Positions 20,536 through 31,810 of a DNA stretch of 64,000 nt are shown piece by piece. The stretch covers positions 3,040,001-3,104,000 of the forward strand of contig CBDANF010000003.1 in NCBI GenBank assembly GCA_965197475.1, written 5' to 3'. The notes beneath the pieces are model-generated. The model ran no database searches. It was not told the origin of the DNA and saw nothing but the letters and a program-made list of their open reading frames with translations. A program made the position numbers and the translations under genes. Positions within the stretch are counted from its first letter, which is position 1; each line of letters begins with the position of its first letter. The stretch comes from Candidatus Poribacteria bacterium (GTDB lineage: Bacteria; Poribacteria; WGA-4E; WGA-3G).

Positions 20536-22791
20536 CTATGGTTGCGACCAATTTAGATGTTGATGCAGGAATTGAAATGTGCCATCAGAATTAATCTGAT
20601 GGCCACCATTAAAAAATTCTATCTCAGTTTTCTCTGGGATACCGAGACAGACGTAAAGGCATCGCACCGTTGCGAATTCATGTGCAACCCATTCATCTGG
20701 TGCGACACCATCATCATGACCGCGTTCCACCATAAACGGACGTGGTGCGATTAATCCTGCCATCTCCGAATAGTTGAACGTGTTGCCCAAATCGAACTCC
20801 GGCATCTCATATTCGCCAGTGAACATGTAGCTATACCGAGAATCAAAAACAGCATTTTTCACAATCCATTCGTTGAAATCAGCTGAGCAGATTGAACAAG
20901 CGTATCGTTCAAGCAATGCTGGCACACGCATCGCTGTTTTACCACCGTAAGAGAGTCCATAGAAACCGATTCGGTCTTCATCAACGTGCGGTAGTTCTGC
21001 TAACCAGTCAAGCGTGCGTTCATGCTGGCGGACTATCAACGAAAAAAGCGACCACTTGATTGGATTCGCTTTACGTTGTATAACGCGGAAAGCGTCTTGA
21101 CCGATATACGGGTTCTGCGGTGCGTAAGTGATAAAACCCCTATCTGCCAACTGTGCTGCATAGGAATGATAGACAGATTTTATGTTCGGATTGGCGGTAT
21201 CCTGTGGTCTACCCTCTAATCCGTGCTGACAAACGACAACAGGACGTTGTTCCTCTGGCTCAAGGTCGTTCGGAAGTAGCAAGATGCCGTAAGCAAATAC
21301 GTCCTTCCACACATCAAGCACAACTTCATATCCTTTCCATTTGGGTTCGTCATAAATCAGACGCGTTCTCGGATTAGCAGTAACGTCAGGTGCGGGGCAC
21401 CGTCCGATAACCTCATCCCAAAAATAGGTTTTAGCATCTGCACATGTCTCTTCCCATTTTGTGAGGGAAGAGGTATCAGTCTTTTGCCAGAAGAACTGCT
21501 GCCTTCGCGTCGCTGCTTCCCGCAAAAAACGTTGCGTCAGATTGACAAGTTGCATAAACTGCCGATGTTGACGTGCTTCGTAATCAAAAGGCTCAGTTGT
21601 TTCTTGCATAAGTGGCTGATCTTTGTCAATATGCGTATTTTCAATACCGAGACTCGTGAGAAAAAAGGTTAATGTTTCTGCCGAACCGGGCAATCTGTCT
21701 TCTGGACAAGTCAGATACAAATTATCTTCACAACTGAGTTCTTTAAAAACATGCTGTGCACGATTAAACTCAACTTCTACGGATTCGATCGGTGGCGAAA
21801 CAAGTTGTCCAGGTGCTGCCCCTCCGCGTCCGTCTCGTGCAGGTGGAGGTCCTGCCACCTCAGGTCCTCGACTCGCCTCAACAATTAAAGGGCGTGGCGC
21901 AATAAGGCTTGCAATTTCAGCATCGCCAAATTCATGGAGCAGTCCCCACACGTTACGATATATCGGTTCACGCCATACATCTTGGCGCGATTGAAAGTAA
22001 CCGCTGACAACCGTTGCCTGAATTCGTTCGTCTACGGCAGCACTATAGAAGGCAATCAGTCCGCCTTCGCCGTAGCCCATAACCCCGATAGGTTCATCAA
22101 ATGAAGACAACCAGTCTACAAGTGATAAGACTTTCTGCACCTCATAACCGATAATATGTCTTCCCAATTGATATGCCATTCGGTAGACGAATTCACGATG
22201 GGGTTGGTTGGTAAATGCACCAATTTTTGGATTGCCAGAGTAGGTATCCTCACGATTAATCAGAAGTGGTACCACGACACGACATCCAGCACTCGCTAAA
22301 TGTCGGGCAAACTGCGCGGATGACGGAAGTTCATCGGTTATGCCTGCGACCATCTCAGGGGTCCAATCCGCATCTGGCAATGTGATAACCTGAGCAACAA
22401 CAGGCACGTTGTCCTTCGGTTCTAACAAAAGACCCTCTCCTTCAATCTCATCAAAAACATTCCACCGAACGCGCGATACGGTGTAATTTTCACCTTTTGC
22501 AATATGTGCGGGAGTATTTGTCGAAGAAACATAAGATAGCGTATCATTCGGCAAACGTTCATCAAGGCATCCAATCTGCTTTCTGAAACGATGTCTATTC
22601 GGTTCAACAGATTCAGTGTAGGCAGTGTGGGAACTATAGTCTTGATGCCACAACGTTTCCCGTTTTTCAGCGGTGATTTCTGTGGCGCGGGTTACGTAGT
22701 TATCAAGGTCTTCAACCATCTGTGCGGCAAGATCACCCTCAAATGTTAAAGGAGCAGTGCCTTGTAATTCTGGAGCATGATTTTTTGACAT
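20536..22791 (-). CDS. tandem alpha/beta-hydrolase (dienelactone hydrolase-like) protein
   Basis: Two hydrolase halves: GYGEGG, and VCQHG plus GLSYGG nucleophile elbow. Confidence 0.8.
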   Translation of the reverse strand: MSKNHAPELQGTAPLTFEGDLAAQMVEDLDNYVTRATEITAEKRETLWHQDYSSHTAYTESVEPNRHRFRKQIGCLDERLPNDTLSYVSSTNTPAHIAKGENYTVSRVRWNVFDEIEGEGLLLEPKDNVPVVAQVITLPDADWTPEMVAGITDELPSSAQFARHLASAGCRVVVPLLINREDTYSGNPKIGAFTNQPHREFVYRMAYQLGRHIIGYEVQKVLSLVDWLSSFDEPIGVMGYGEGGLIAFYSAAVDERIQATVVSGYFQSRQDVWREPIYRNVWGLLHEFGDAEIASLIAPRPLIVEASRGPEVAGPPPARDGRGGAAPGQLVSPPIESVEVEFNRAQHVFKELSCEDNLYLTCPEDRLPGSAETLTFFLTSLGIENTHIDKDQPLMQETTEPFDYEARQHRQFMQLVNLTQRFLREAATRRQQFFWQKTDTSSLTKWEETCADAKTYFWDEVIGRCPAPDVTANPRTRLIYDEPKWKGYEVVLDVWKDVFAYGILLLPNDLEPEEQRPVVVCQHGLEGRPQDTANPNIKSVYHSYAAQLADRGFITYAPQNPYIGQDAFRVIQRKANPIKWSLFSLIVRQHERTLDWLAELPHVDEDRIGFYGLSYGGKTAMRVPALLERYACSICSADFNEWIVKNAVFDSRYSYMFTGEYEMPEFDLGNTFNYSEMAGLIAPRPFMVERGHDDGVAPDEWVAHEFATVRCLYVCLGIPEKTEIEFFNGGHQINSDGTFQFLHQHLNWSQP

Positions 22792-22909
22792 AATTTTTCT
22801 CGCTTATTTTAGTAAGTAGATAATTTATAATTATCAATATTTTGATCCTAATGCGATTTCATATACACTATGTGAATGTAAGAGGCGCGTGAATTGCGCG
22901 ACTACAAAG

Positions 22910-24097
22910 TTAAATGATTCCTTCCTGCCTTAAGTGTTCCATTTCATCCGGAGATATTTTCAACACATCTGTCAACACCGCAACCGTATGTTCTCCAAGA
23001 CTTGGAGCGGGGACATTTACATGACCGGGAGTACCAGAGAGTTTAATCGGCAGACCCGGCACCTCAACTGCACCTGTAAGTTGATGCATCACTTGCGTAA
23101 TCATATCCCGTGCTTGCACCTGCGGATGACTGACAACCTTGTCAATAGTGTTTATAGGACCGCACGGCACTCCTATTTTTTCCAGTGCGCCAATCCATTC
23201 ATCTGTTGTGCGTTGACGCATAATCTCTGAAAGAATAGGAAACAACTCACTATGATTTGCAGTTCGTTCGCCGTTGGAGCTAAACCGTGAATCAGAGATA
23301 AGATTTTTCTGATCTACATGCTCACAGAATTTTGCCCATAACGTATCGTTGCCGATAGCAATGATAATGTGTCCATCTGCTGATTCAAACGCTTCAAACG
23401 GTGTTATCGCAGGGTGTCGGCTGCCCAAAGGTTGAGGAATTTCGTCCGTGGCGAAATAGCGGACAATAGCATTCTCCAATACTGCCACAAGACTATCCAG
23501 CATGGCAACATCCACAAACTGACCTTTTCCGGTGCTGTTGCGATGGTGCAAAGCGGACAGGATACCGATTGTCGTGAATAGCGCAGCCGTGATGTCGCTG
23601 ATAGATGTTCCTACACGCACCGGCGGTCCATCCGGCTCACCAGTGATACTAATGATACCCCCCATCCCTTGGATAATCATATCATAAGCTCCCTTTTGTG
23701 CAAAGGGACCTGTATGTCCAAAACCGGAGCATGCAGCATAAATGAGAGACGGATGTTCAGCAACAAGTGTATCGTAATCTAAACCAAACTTTTTCATAGT
23801 CCCTGGACGGAAATTTTCTACTAAAACGTCACACTGTTTGACAAGTTCCTTGAATATATGTTTTCCACGTTCGGTTTTTAGATTGAGCGTCACACTCCGC
23901 TTACCACGATTCACACTCATAAAGTAAAGACTAAAGCCGTTCTTGAAAGGACCGAAATTTCTCGATTCATCGCCAATCCCTGGTTGTTCAATTTTTATAA
24001 CTTCTGCCCCGAGATCGCTAAGGATCATCGTTGTATAAGGTCCCGCCAGCACTCTCGTTAAATCTAAAACCTTTATTCCGTCCAACGGACCTACCAT
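22910..24097 (-). CDS. CaiB/BaiF family (class III) CoA-transferase
   Basis: PLDGIKVLDLTRVLAGP, NRGKRS, ENFRPG, YD, APSLGEHT. Confidence 0.95.
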   Translation of the reverse strand: MVGPLDGIKVLDLTRVLAGPYTTMILSDLGAEVIKIEQPGIGDESRNFGPFKNGFSLYFMSVNRGKRSVTLNLKTERGKHIFKELVKQCDVLVENFRPGTMKKFGLDYDTLVAEHPSLIYAACSGFGHTGPFAQKGAYDMIIQGMGGIISITGEPDGPPVRVGTSISDITAALFTTIGILSALHHRNSTGKGQFVDVAMLDSLVAVLENAIVRYFATDEIPQPLGSRHPAITPFEAFESADGHIIIAIGNDTLWAKFCEHVDQKNLISDSRFSSNGERTANHSELFPILSEIMRQRTTDEWIGALEKIGVPCGPINTIDKVVSHPQVQARDMITQVMHQLTGAVEVPGLPIKLSGTPGHVNVPAPSLGEHTVAVLTDVLKISPDEMEHLRQEGII

Positions 24098-24240
24098 GTA
24101 TTCATTCCTTTGTGTTAGAAAAAGTTGCTATTATGTTGCAGACATGCTAATATAAAACCACACCATATATTAGCAACAAATGGTGTCTATGTCCATAGAT
24201 TTTTAATTCGTGAGTGTTAGCATTTTAAAGGAGCACATGA

Positions 24241-25317
24241 ATGGATAAGCTAAAAATCGCGCATATCGGGACAGGTAACCGCGGAACCAATACATATCTT
24301 CCGCTTATTTCAAAACTAACAGATGATTTAGAACTCGTTGCAGTGTGTGATGTACACGAAAGAAGAGTCACAGAGCAGGGAGATAAGTATGAAGTGTCAG
24401 CTTACACAGATACAGAAGAGATGTTGGAAAAGGAAAAACCAGATATCTGCTCTATTGTGATTACAGCGAGCAACAATCATATCCCCGGTTTTCTCTGTTC
24501 GCAACGCGGTGTGAGTTATTGCACAGAGACACCTGTAAATACCGATCTGGGACGTGCAGATAAAATGATTGAAGCTGCCAAAGAACACGGTGTGAAGTTA
24601 GAGGTCAACGAAAACTATTACCGTCGCCCATCCGAGCGAATCAAACGTGCGATGATTCTTGAAGGGGTATTTGGGAAGGTGAACGTTGCTCACAACGATT
24701 TTCGAGGCCACGGCTACCACGGTATCAGTCTTTTACGGAGTTACGTTGGCTTTGATAACGAACCGGTGCAGGTTTACGGGTTCCGAAAAGGGTTTAGGGT
24801 TCAGGAACACGTGTGGCGCAAAGGACAACCGCAGCGTAAGAATGAGGATTGGCAGCACGCAGTGATTGAATTTGCTGACGGTGCCGTTGGAATTTTCAAT
24901 TTCAGTAGTCTCTCCTACGGTTCGCCGCTGCGTGGTTTTAATGGGACGAAATTTTATGCGGAGCGCGGAATGTGCTTTTGTGACGATGCTGTCATCTTAA
25001 ACGATGATGCGGACGAACAACGTCAGGTAACTATCACGCGCAAAACAAACAACGTTGATGGATATGAAACGCTTGCTGCACTTGTTGCTGATACGGAACC
25101 TGAAGTAGTTTGGGAGAATCCATTGCAGTATTATCCGCTTAGCGATAGCGAAATTACCGTTGCATCGGAATTAATGAGTCTTGCAAATGCAGTTCGCAAC
25201 GATACTGAACCAGAATATGGCGCATACAATGGGCGCAAAGACAGAGAAATTGATATTGCCATGGCAAAGTCATGGAATAATAACGGTGCTGCCATTTCCT
25301 TCCCGCTTGAGTACTAA
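24241..25317 (+). CDS. Gfo/Idh/MocA family oxidoreductase
   Basis: IGTGNRG, LVAVCD, ETP, ENY. Confidence 0.85.
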   Translation: MDKLKIAHIGTGNRGTNTYLPLISKLTDDLELVAVCDVHERRVTEQGDKYEVSAYTDTEEMLEKEKPDICSIVITASNNHIPGFLCSQRGVSYCTETPVNTDLGRADKMIEAAKEHGVKLEVNENYYRRPSERIKRAMILEGVFGKVNVAHNDFRGHGYHGISLLRSYVGFDNEPVQVYGFRKGFRVQEHVWRKGQPQRKNEDWQHAVIEFADGAVGIFNFSSLSYGSPLRGFNGTKFYAERGMCFCDDAVILNDDADEQRQVTITRKTNNVDGYETLAALVADTEPEVVWENPLQYYPLSDSEITVASELMSLANAVRNDTEPEYGAYNGRKDREIDIAMAKSWNNNGAAISFPLEY

Positions 25318-25433
25318 TTAAGAGAAGAATATATTTCCATTTCATAACATTGTCTGCCACATTTTTCTTGTTATGATCATCATATTGGAGTATACTTAAG
25401 AGATAGGTTAAAATAAAATTGGAGGATTCAAAG

Positions 25434-26327
25434 GTGTTGAAATATTTTCGATCTATTTTCACATTGCTGCTTGTTTTTGGTTTTAGTGTAACCATACTCG
25501 GCAACGAATGGGCAAACTTCTATTTCCCGGATAAACTTGGAAGTTTTTGGGTTTATGAAGATCAAGAAGGAAACGAATTAACTCGATATGCTGTTGAGGA
25601 AGAAGAGATAGATGGAGAAACATATCGTTCCTTCAGTTATGAACCTGCCATAGATGATTGGGAAAAATATCAGTATGCTGTGCATCCCTTTCTCTATCAA
25701 GTCGGTGAAGAATGGGTGGCACTTTATGTTGGCGATGAAATAGAAAAAGCTACAAAGGCAATCCTGAGTAAAGAAATCGATAAAACGATCACTACAATGC
25801 GTCAGCAGATCACGCAACAACTTCCTGCCGGTATAACAATTGATATTGACTACACTGTTGAGCCTAAAGCACAAGATTATTTTTATCTTTTACCGACACC
25901 TGTTACTTTTAATGAAGAATGGGTTGCGATGCAGCTTGACGTAAAACTTGAATGGACTATGGACATTCAAGGTGCACCAGTAGAAATTCCAGAAGAACAG
26001 AAGTCTATAGCCTCTACTACCAATGTTATTGAAACTGGTAACGTTATCGGAAAAGAAACTGTTGAAGTTGAAGCAGGGACGTTTGAAGACTGCATAAAAA
26101 TTGAGTATCGTACCAAAACAACGATGGATACTGGCCTCCCCGCCGAGATCAAACAACTCCTCCCCGAACAACAAACAAACGAATCACTTACAACATTGTG
26201 GTTAGCACCAAACGTCGGAATTGTCAAATTCAAGAGTGAAAATGAGCAATCCGATGAGGTGGTTACATTAGAATTAAAAAGTTATGAAATCAAATCGGAA
26301 GAATCGGAAAACGAAGATAGCAATTAA
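25434..26327 (+). CDS. secreted protein, tandem paralogue 1 (DUF3108-like C-terminal motif)
   Basis: GTG after GGAGG; signal peptide; [34 protein letters not shown]. Confidence 0.8.
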   Translation: MLKYFRSIFTLLLVFGFSVTILGNEWANFYFPDKLGSFWVYEDQEGNELTRYAVEEEEIDGETYRSFSYEPAIDDWEKYQYAVHPFLYQVGEEWVALYVGDEIEKATKAILSKEIDKTITTMRQQITQQLPAGITIDIDYTVEPKAQDYFYLLPTPVTFNEEWVAMQLDVKLEWTMDIQGAPVEIPEEQKSIASTTNVIETGNVIGKETVEVEAGTFEDCIKIEYRTKTTMDTGLPAEIKQLLPEQQTNESLTTLWLAPNVGIVKFKSENEQSDEVVTLELKSYEIKSEESENEDSN

Positions 26328-26389
26328 TCCGGCAAAGTGTCCCTAAACTATCTGTCCCAGATTAATTATCCTTTTTCTGAGGAACGCCA

Positions 26390-27355
26390 ATGTTGAAAAA
26401 ACTGTGTCTTTTCATGATATTTTTGCTGATCTTTTGTTTCAGTGCAGCACTGCCCGGAAATGAAGTGGAAACCCCAAAATATTTTCCAGCTGTGATCGGC
26501 AGTTATTGGGTTTATGTAGACCAAGATGGAAACGAACTGACACGCCGTGCGATTGAAGGTGAAGAAATTGCGGGTGAAATATATCACGGGTTCAGTTACG
26601 AACCTGAGTTAGAAGACTGGAAAGATTTTAACCGTTATATGTTTCCTTCTCTGTATAATATTGGAGAGGAGTGGGTTACGTTCCTTGTCGGTGATGAGGT
26701 TGAGAAAGCTGTGAAGGCACGTCTCACCAAAGAGATGGAAACTTTCACTCAATTGGCAAAGAAGACTATAGAAACTAACGCTCCATCCGAATTTGACATT
26801 ACCTTTAATCTCAACTATGATGTGGAGGTAGAGGCAGAGGGCCAATTCTATTTACTTGATATTCAAGCAACTCTGGATGAAGAATGGGACGCAACACAGA
26901 TTAGTGCCAGAATCACAATGGAGTTTGATATACAGGGTTTACCAGACTTTCAAGGTGCCGCTGAAATACCAATAATTACGCTTGGTTTTAATATCCGCGA
27001 AACAGGGAAAATCATCAACACAGAAACCGTTGAGACTGCCGCAGGCACATTTGAAGACTGTTTGAAAATTGAATACCAAACGGAAACAGAAATGATAGCA
27101 TCCGAACAGGGAGGACCAGAAAACCAGCCTGGTGAATCAGTGACAACCTTATGGTTAGCACTTAACATTGGTATTGTCAAATTTCACCAAGAGGCTGAAA
27201 AGATGTTTATGCATACTATGTCTGAAAGAGAACTTGTTGAAGCATCAGTATCCGAGGAAGAAGCTGCTGAGATCATTGCTGCTTCGGTCAAAACATTTGA
27301 ATTAAAGAAATACGAAATAGCTCCTGATGTGTCGCAAGACGATAATAGTAATTAA
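26390..27355 (+). CDS. secreted protein, tandem paralogue 2
   Basis: Same conserved blocks as paralogue 1. Confidence 0.8.
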   Translation: MLKKLCLFMIFLLIFCFSAALPGNEVETPKYFPAVIGSYWVYVDQDGNELTRRAIEGEEIAGEIYHGFSYEPELEDWKDFNRYMFPSLYNIGEEWVTFLVGDEVEKAVKARLTKEMETFTQLAKKTIETNAPSEFDITFNLNYDVEVEAEGQFYLLDIQATLDEEWDATQISARITMEFDIQGLPDFQGAAEIPIITLGFNIRETGKIINTETVETAAGTFEDCLKIEYQTETEMIASEQGGPENQPGESVTTLWLALNIGIVKFHQEAEKMFMHTMSERELVEASVSEEEAAEIIAASVKTFELKKYEIAPDVSQDDNSN

Positions 27356-27413
27356 CAGGTTACCTTGAGACTTACATCAACGAAATCAAAAAACCGAAAA
27401 TGGAGAATTCCTG

Positions 27414-28331
27414 ATGTTAAAAAAAATTTGTGTGGCATTGATATTTTTGCTGGTCTTAAGTTTTAGCGTAACCTTGTTAGGGAACGAATCGGCACAAAAA
27501 TATTATCCCAGCACGTTAGATAGTTTTTGGGTTTACGAAGACCAAGATGGAAACAAACTGACAGGTCGTGCAATTGAAAGTGAAGAGATTGCTGGGAAAA
27601 CTTTTCCTGCTTTCAGTTATGAACCTGAGTTAGAAGATTGGACAGAATATAACCCTTTTATGCATCCCTTTCTATATCAAATTAGCGATGCGGGGATTAC
27701 CCTTGTTGCTGGTGATGAGGCAGAGAACGCATTCAAGGCACGTCTTAAAAAGGAGATGGATACTTTCGTCGATATAATCAAAGGACAAGTTCCTCCAGAA
27801 ATTGATCTTAACCTTTTTCAATTAGATATTGAGATTGAAGTCCAAGGGCAAGACCATTTGTTCCTACTTCCAGAAGAAATTGTCGTTAATGAGGAGTGGG
27901 AAGTCAACCAGATTGAAGCCAACATGAAGTTGATCCCTCGCGGTGCCGATATCCCAGGAGATGAGCAATTGACAATAGATTATACCATTATTGAAACAGG
28001 GATTGTTCTTGGGACAGAAACTATTGAAACAGACGCTGGCACGTTTGAAGACTGCTTAAAAGTTGAGTATCGCACTGAAACAACGGCAGTAATGACACCC
28101 ATCCCTGAACCTGATGAAATAGCCCCTCCGGGAGAAACAGTAACAACCTTATGGTTTGCCCCCAATGTCGGAATTGTAAAATTCCAAGAAAAATCGGGAC
28201 ACATTTTCTTGGACATGATACCAGATGATGCGGGTTTTCCTATTGTTATTCCTCCAAATCCTGAAAAGATTTTTGAATTAAAGGAATTTGAAATCAAAAC
28301 CACAGATTCTGAGAGTAATGGTAGCAATTAA
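27414..28331 (+). CDS. secreted protein, tandem paralogue 3
   Basis: Same conserved blocks as paralogue 1. Confidence 0.8.
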   Translation: MLKKICVALIFLLVLSFSVTLLGNESAQKYYPSTLDSFWVYEDQDGNKLTGRAIESEEIAGKTFPAFSYEPELEDWTEYNPFMHPFLYQISDAGITLVAGDEAENAFKARLKKEMDTFVDIIKGQVPPEIDLNLFQLDIEIEVQGQDHLFLLPEEIVVNEEWEVNQIEANMKLIPRGADIPGDEQLTIDYTIIETGIVLGTETIETDAGTFEDCLKVEYRTETTAVMTPIPEPDEIAPPGETVTTLWFAPNVGIVKFQEKSGHIFLDMIPDDAGFPIVIPPNPEKIFELKEFEIKTTDSESNGSN

Positions 28332-28386
28332 GGTGTAGGACACAAATCTTAAGCATTAATTTGATTCCTAATTGGAGAAATACATC

Positions 28387-29298
28387 ATGTTGAGAAAAGT
28401 TCGGACTGTTTTTGTATTATTGCTTGTTTTTAGTTTTAGTGCAACATTGATGGGAAATGAATCGGCGAAAAACTATTTTCCGGCAACAGTTGGAAGTTTC
28501 TGGGTATACGAAGACCAAGATGGAAACGAATTGACACGCCGTGCTGTTGAAGGCGAAGAGATTGCAGGTGAAACGTATCACGCTTTTGAGTATGAACCTG
28601 CCTTTGAAAATTGGGAGAATTACGAGTATTACGTCCATCCCACGCTTTTTAAGGTAGATGACACAGGAATTAAGTTTCATATTGGTGATGAGGTTAAGAA
28701 AGCTTACAAGAAACGCCTTACAAAAGAATTGGAGGTTTCTATGGAAGAGTCCCGACAAAGAATGCCTGCTGAAGCGAACTTCAATCCTACATTTGATGTG
28801 GAAGTTGAGATAGAAACGCAAGACCATTTCTATATGCTGTCAACTCCCGTTACCCCTAATGAAGAGTGGGATGCAATGCGAGTCAAACCGACAATTAAGG
28901 TTAAGATAAGTTATACAGAAAACAATTCTGAAGTGGATCCAGAGTTAGCTGGACAATCTAGGTATTCTTCTCTCTATTTCACGATTTTGGAAACAGGAAA
29001 AATCTTAGGAACAGAAACTGTTGAAATCCCTGCAGGAACATTTAAAGACTGTTTGAAAATTGAATACCGCACTGAAACTGTGATGCCAAAATTACAAAGA
29101 TCAAGTTCCGGCGATCCTAAAGCAGGTGAATCTGTTTCTACGTTGTGGTTAGCTCCTAACGTAGGGATTGTAAAGTTTCGCCAGGAAGCAGATAGACCTT
29201 TGTTACAAGAAATGGCGAATGCTGATTCCACAACCCAAGTGAAAACACTTGAATTGAAAAAATACGAAATTAAATCGGATGCGGCGGAGAGTGAATGA
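28387..29298 (+). CDS. secreted protein, tandem paralogue 4
   Basis: Same conserved blocks; stop overlaps the hemB start (ATGA). Confidence 0.8.
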   Translation: MLRKVRTVFVLLLVFSFSATLMGNESAKNYFPATVGSFWVYEDQDGNELTRRAVEGEEIAGETYHAFEYEPAFENWENYEYYVHPTLFKVDDTGIKFHIGDEVKKAYKKRLTKELEVSMEESRQRMPAEANFNPTFDVEVEIETQDHFYMLSTPVTPNEEWDAMRVKPTIKVKISYTENNSEVDPELAGQSRYSSLYFTILETGKILGTETVEIPAGTFKDCLKIEYRTETVMPKLQRSSSGDPKAGESVSTLWLAPNVGIVKFRQEADRPLLQEMANADSTTQVKTLELKKYEIKSDAAESE

Positions 29299-30272
29299 GC
29301 GTATTTCCAATTTATCGTCCAAGGCGACTACGTGCAAATGAAAACCTTCGGCGACTTGTTCAAGAAACTAATCTATCGGTGGATGACTTAATCTATCCGA
29401 TGTTTGTTGTCCACGGGCAAAGGACAGCAATCGAAATTTCTTCTATGCCGGGATGTTACCAATACTCAGTGGATAGGCTCGTCTACGCTGCAAAAGAACT
29501 TGCATCACTTGGCATTCCCGGAACGATCCTGTTCGGAATTCCTGAAACGAAAGACCCACTTGGGTCTGAAGCTTATTCCGAAGATGGAATCATTCAGCAG
29601 GCTGTTCGTGCCATTAAGGATGCTGTCCCCGACCTGCTTGTGATGACAGACGTTTGTCTCTGTGAGTATACCGATCACGGTCATTGCGGTATCGTTGAAG
29701 ACAACGAGGTGCAGAACGACCCTACGCTTGATCTGCTTGTTAAAGAGAGTTTGTCGCATGCACAGGCGGGGGCTGATGTCATCGCACCTTCGGACATGAT
29801 GGATGGTCGTGTCGGTGCAATTCGCGATGCCTTAGACGAAGAAGGCTATGAAAATATTCCAATAATGGCGTATTCCGCAAAATATGCATCCGCTTTCTAC
29901 GGTCCCTTTCGTGAAGCAGCAGAATCCGCCCCTCAATTTGGTGACCGCCGCTCATATCAGATGGATCCCGCTAACTCTGAAGAGGCATTACGGGAAGTGA
30001 CGTTGGATATAGAGGAAGGCGCGGACATTGTGATGGTCAAACCTGCCCTCTCTTACCTTGATGTCATCTATCAAGTGAAAACGGAATTTCAGATGCCTGT
30101 TGCAGCGTATAACGTCAGCGGCGAATACGCTATGATAAAGGCAGCAGCGCAAAACGGGTGGGTTGACGAAAAGCGGGTTGCGCTGGAGGTATTAACAAGC
30201 ATAAAACGTGCAGGAGCAGATATAATTTTGACCTACTTCGCAAAATCAGTTGTAGAATGGCTAAAAGATTAG
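29295..30272 (+). CDS. hemB: porphobilinogen synthase
   Basis: [40 protein letters not shown]. Confidence 0.98.
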   Translation: MSVFPIYRPRRLRANENLRRLVQETNLSVDDLIYPMFVVHGQRTAIEISSMPGCYQYSVDRLVYAAKELASLGIPGTILFGIPETKDPLGSEAYSEDGIIQQAVRAIKDAVPDLLVMTDVCLCEYTDHGHCGIVEDNEVQNDPTLDLLVKESLSHAQAGADVIAPSDMMDGRVGAIRDALDEEGYENIPIMAYSAKYASAFYGPFREAAESAPQFGDRRSYQMDPANSEEALREVTLDIEEGADIVMVKPALSYLDVIYQVKTEFQMPVAAYNVSGEYAMIKAAAQNGWVDEKRVALEVLTSIKRAGADIILTYFAKSVVEWLKD

Positions 30273-30296
30273 CTTTTGTCAATTGGAGACTCTTCT

Positions 30297-30353
30297 GTAG
30301 GAGCGACCTTGAATCAACACCGAATGCGCGTATGGTATTCGGTGAGTCGCGAT
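30297..30353 (+). repeat. REP-like palindrome (family B-related) enclosing an inner hairpin
   Basis: GTAGGAGCGAC...GTCGCGAT around CACCGAAT...ATTCGGTG. Confidence 0.5.
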
Positions 30354-30417
30354 TTCTTTGTAGGACAATTTCAATGCCTTAACTTTACAAATTTAAATCT
30401 TGAATTGGAGGAATGAA

Positions 30418-31701
30418 TTGGAGAGCAGCAAATCTTTATCAGCTTGGCAAAAATCGCAGCAATTTATCCCTGGTGGTGTTAACAGTCCTGTCCGTAATTT
30501 CAGCAAGGTCGGCGGACATCCGCGTTTTGTTGAACGAGGTAACGGGTCAAAAATTTACGACATTGATGGAAACGAGTATATTGATTATGTCGCTTCGTGG
30601 GGTCCGTTAGTATTGGGGCATGCACACCTAGATGTAGTGGAAGCTATCAACACCGCAGCCGCAAGTGGAACCAGTTTCGGTGCACCGACTACATTAGAAA
30701 CTGAACTTGCGGAAATAATTGTAAATGCAGTGCCTTCCATTGAGCAAGTTCGACTTGTCAACTCAGGCACCGAAGCCACGATGAGCGCGATTCGCGTCGC
30801 ACGTGGATATACCGGACGCAACAAAATTGTTAAGATAGATGGGTGCTACCATGGACATGTAGACTATCTTTTGGCAAAAGCGGGTTCCGGTGTTGCTACC
30901 TTCGGTCTTTCGGATAGTGGTGGTGTTCCAGAGGACTTCGCTCGCAATACACTTATTATCCCATTTAACGATCCTGAGGCACTGAAAACAACCATTGATG
31001 CCAATCAGGATGAAATTGCGTGCCTCATTCTTGAGCCAATTATGGGAAACATGGGTATCATCCCACCGAGCGAAGGTTATCTCAATGAACTCCGTGAAAT
31101 CACGGAAGAACACGGTATCGTGTTAATCTTTGATGAAGTAATTACAGGTTTCCGTGTAGCTTATGGCGGTGCACAATCATACTATAACGTCATACCGGAC
31201 ATGACCTGTTTAGGAAAGATTATCGGTGGCGGTCTACCTGTTGGTGCTTACGGTGGAAAACGAGAGATTATGCAGTGCGTCGCGCCAGAAGGTGATGTCT
31301 ATCAAGCAGGGACGTTATCAGGAAATCCGTTAGCCGTCACTGCAGGAATAACGACTTTGAAGAAATTGGCAGAACCGGGGGTCTACGAACAACTCGAAAA
31401 CAGTGCATCTGTCCTTGCAGATGCACTTGCCGAAGCGACTCAAAAATACAGAATTGACGCGTGGCATAGCCGTGTCGGTTCAATGTTGATGCTCTATTTC
31501 ACACCAGAATCCGTTACAGATGCCGATGGTGCACGGACTGCGGATACAGAACGTTTCCGTCAATATTTCTGGGGATTGCTGGAACGCGGTGTATACGTTG
31601 CTCCTTCCCAATTTGAAGCAGGATTTGTGTCCTTAGTTCATTCTGAAGAGGACATCACCACAACCGTTCAAGCCGCAACTGAAGTAATCGCTAATCTCTA
31701 A
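30418..31701 (+). CDS. hemL: glutamate-1-semialdehyde 2,1-aminomutase
   Basis: [39 protein letters not shown] start 5 nt after GGAGGA. Confidence 0.97.
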   Translation: MESSKSLSAWQKSQQFIPGGVNSPVRNFSKVGGHPRFVERGNGSKIYDIDGNEYIDYVASWGPLVLGHAHLDVVEAINTAAASGTSFGAPTTLETELAEIIVNAVPSIEQVRLVNSGTEATMSAIRVARGYTGRNKIVKIDGCYHGHVDYLLAKAGSGVATFGLSDSGGVPEDFARNTLIIPFNDPEALKTTIDANQDEIACLILEPIMGNMGIIPPSEGYLNELREITEEHGIVLIFDEVITGFRVAYGGAQSYYNVIPDMTCLGKIIGGGLPVGAYGGKREIMQCVAPEGDVYQAGTLSGNPLAVTAGITTLKKLAEPGVYEQLENSASVLADALAEATQKYRIDAWHSRVGSMLMLYFTPESVTDADGARTADTERFRQYFWGLLERGVYVAPSQFEAGFVSLVHSEEDITTTVQAATEVIANL

Positions 31702-31736
31702 ACTATAGTAAAGTATACAAATAAGAGATACTGACG

Positions 31737-31760
31737 GTAGACCGCTTTGTAAGCGCGCTA
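31737..31760 (+). repeat. REP-like palindrome, family A
   Basis: GTAGACCGCTTTGTAAGCGCGCTA. Confidence 0.5.
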
Positions 31761-31810
31761 TCAGGGTACCTCAATAATTACAAACTTTGCTATAAAAGAA
31801 AAGGAATTGA

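Noticed and set aside
30413-30610. ATG directly after GGAGG in an alternative frame at the hemL start
   Set aside because: Spacing to the RBS is too short; the in-frame TTG at 30418 explains the RBS.
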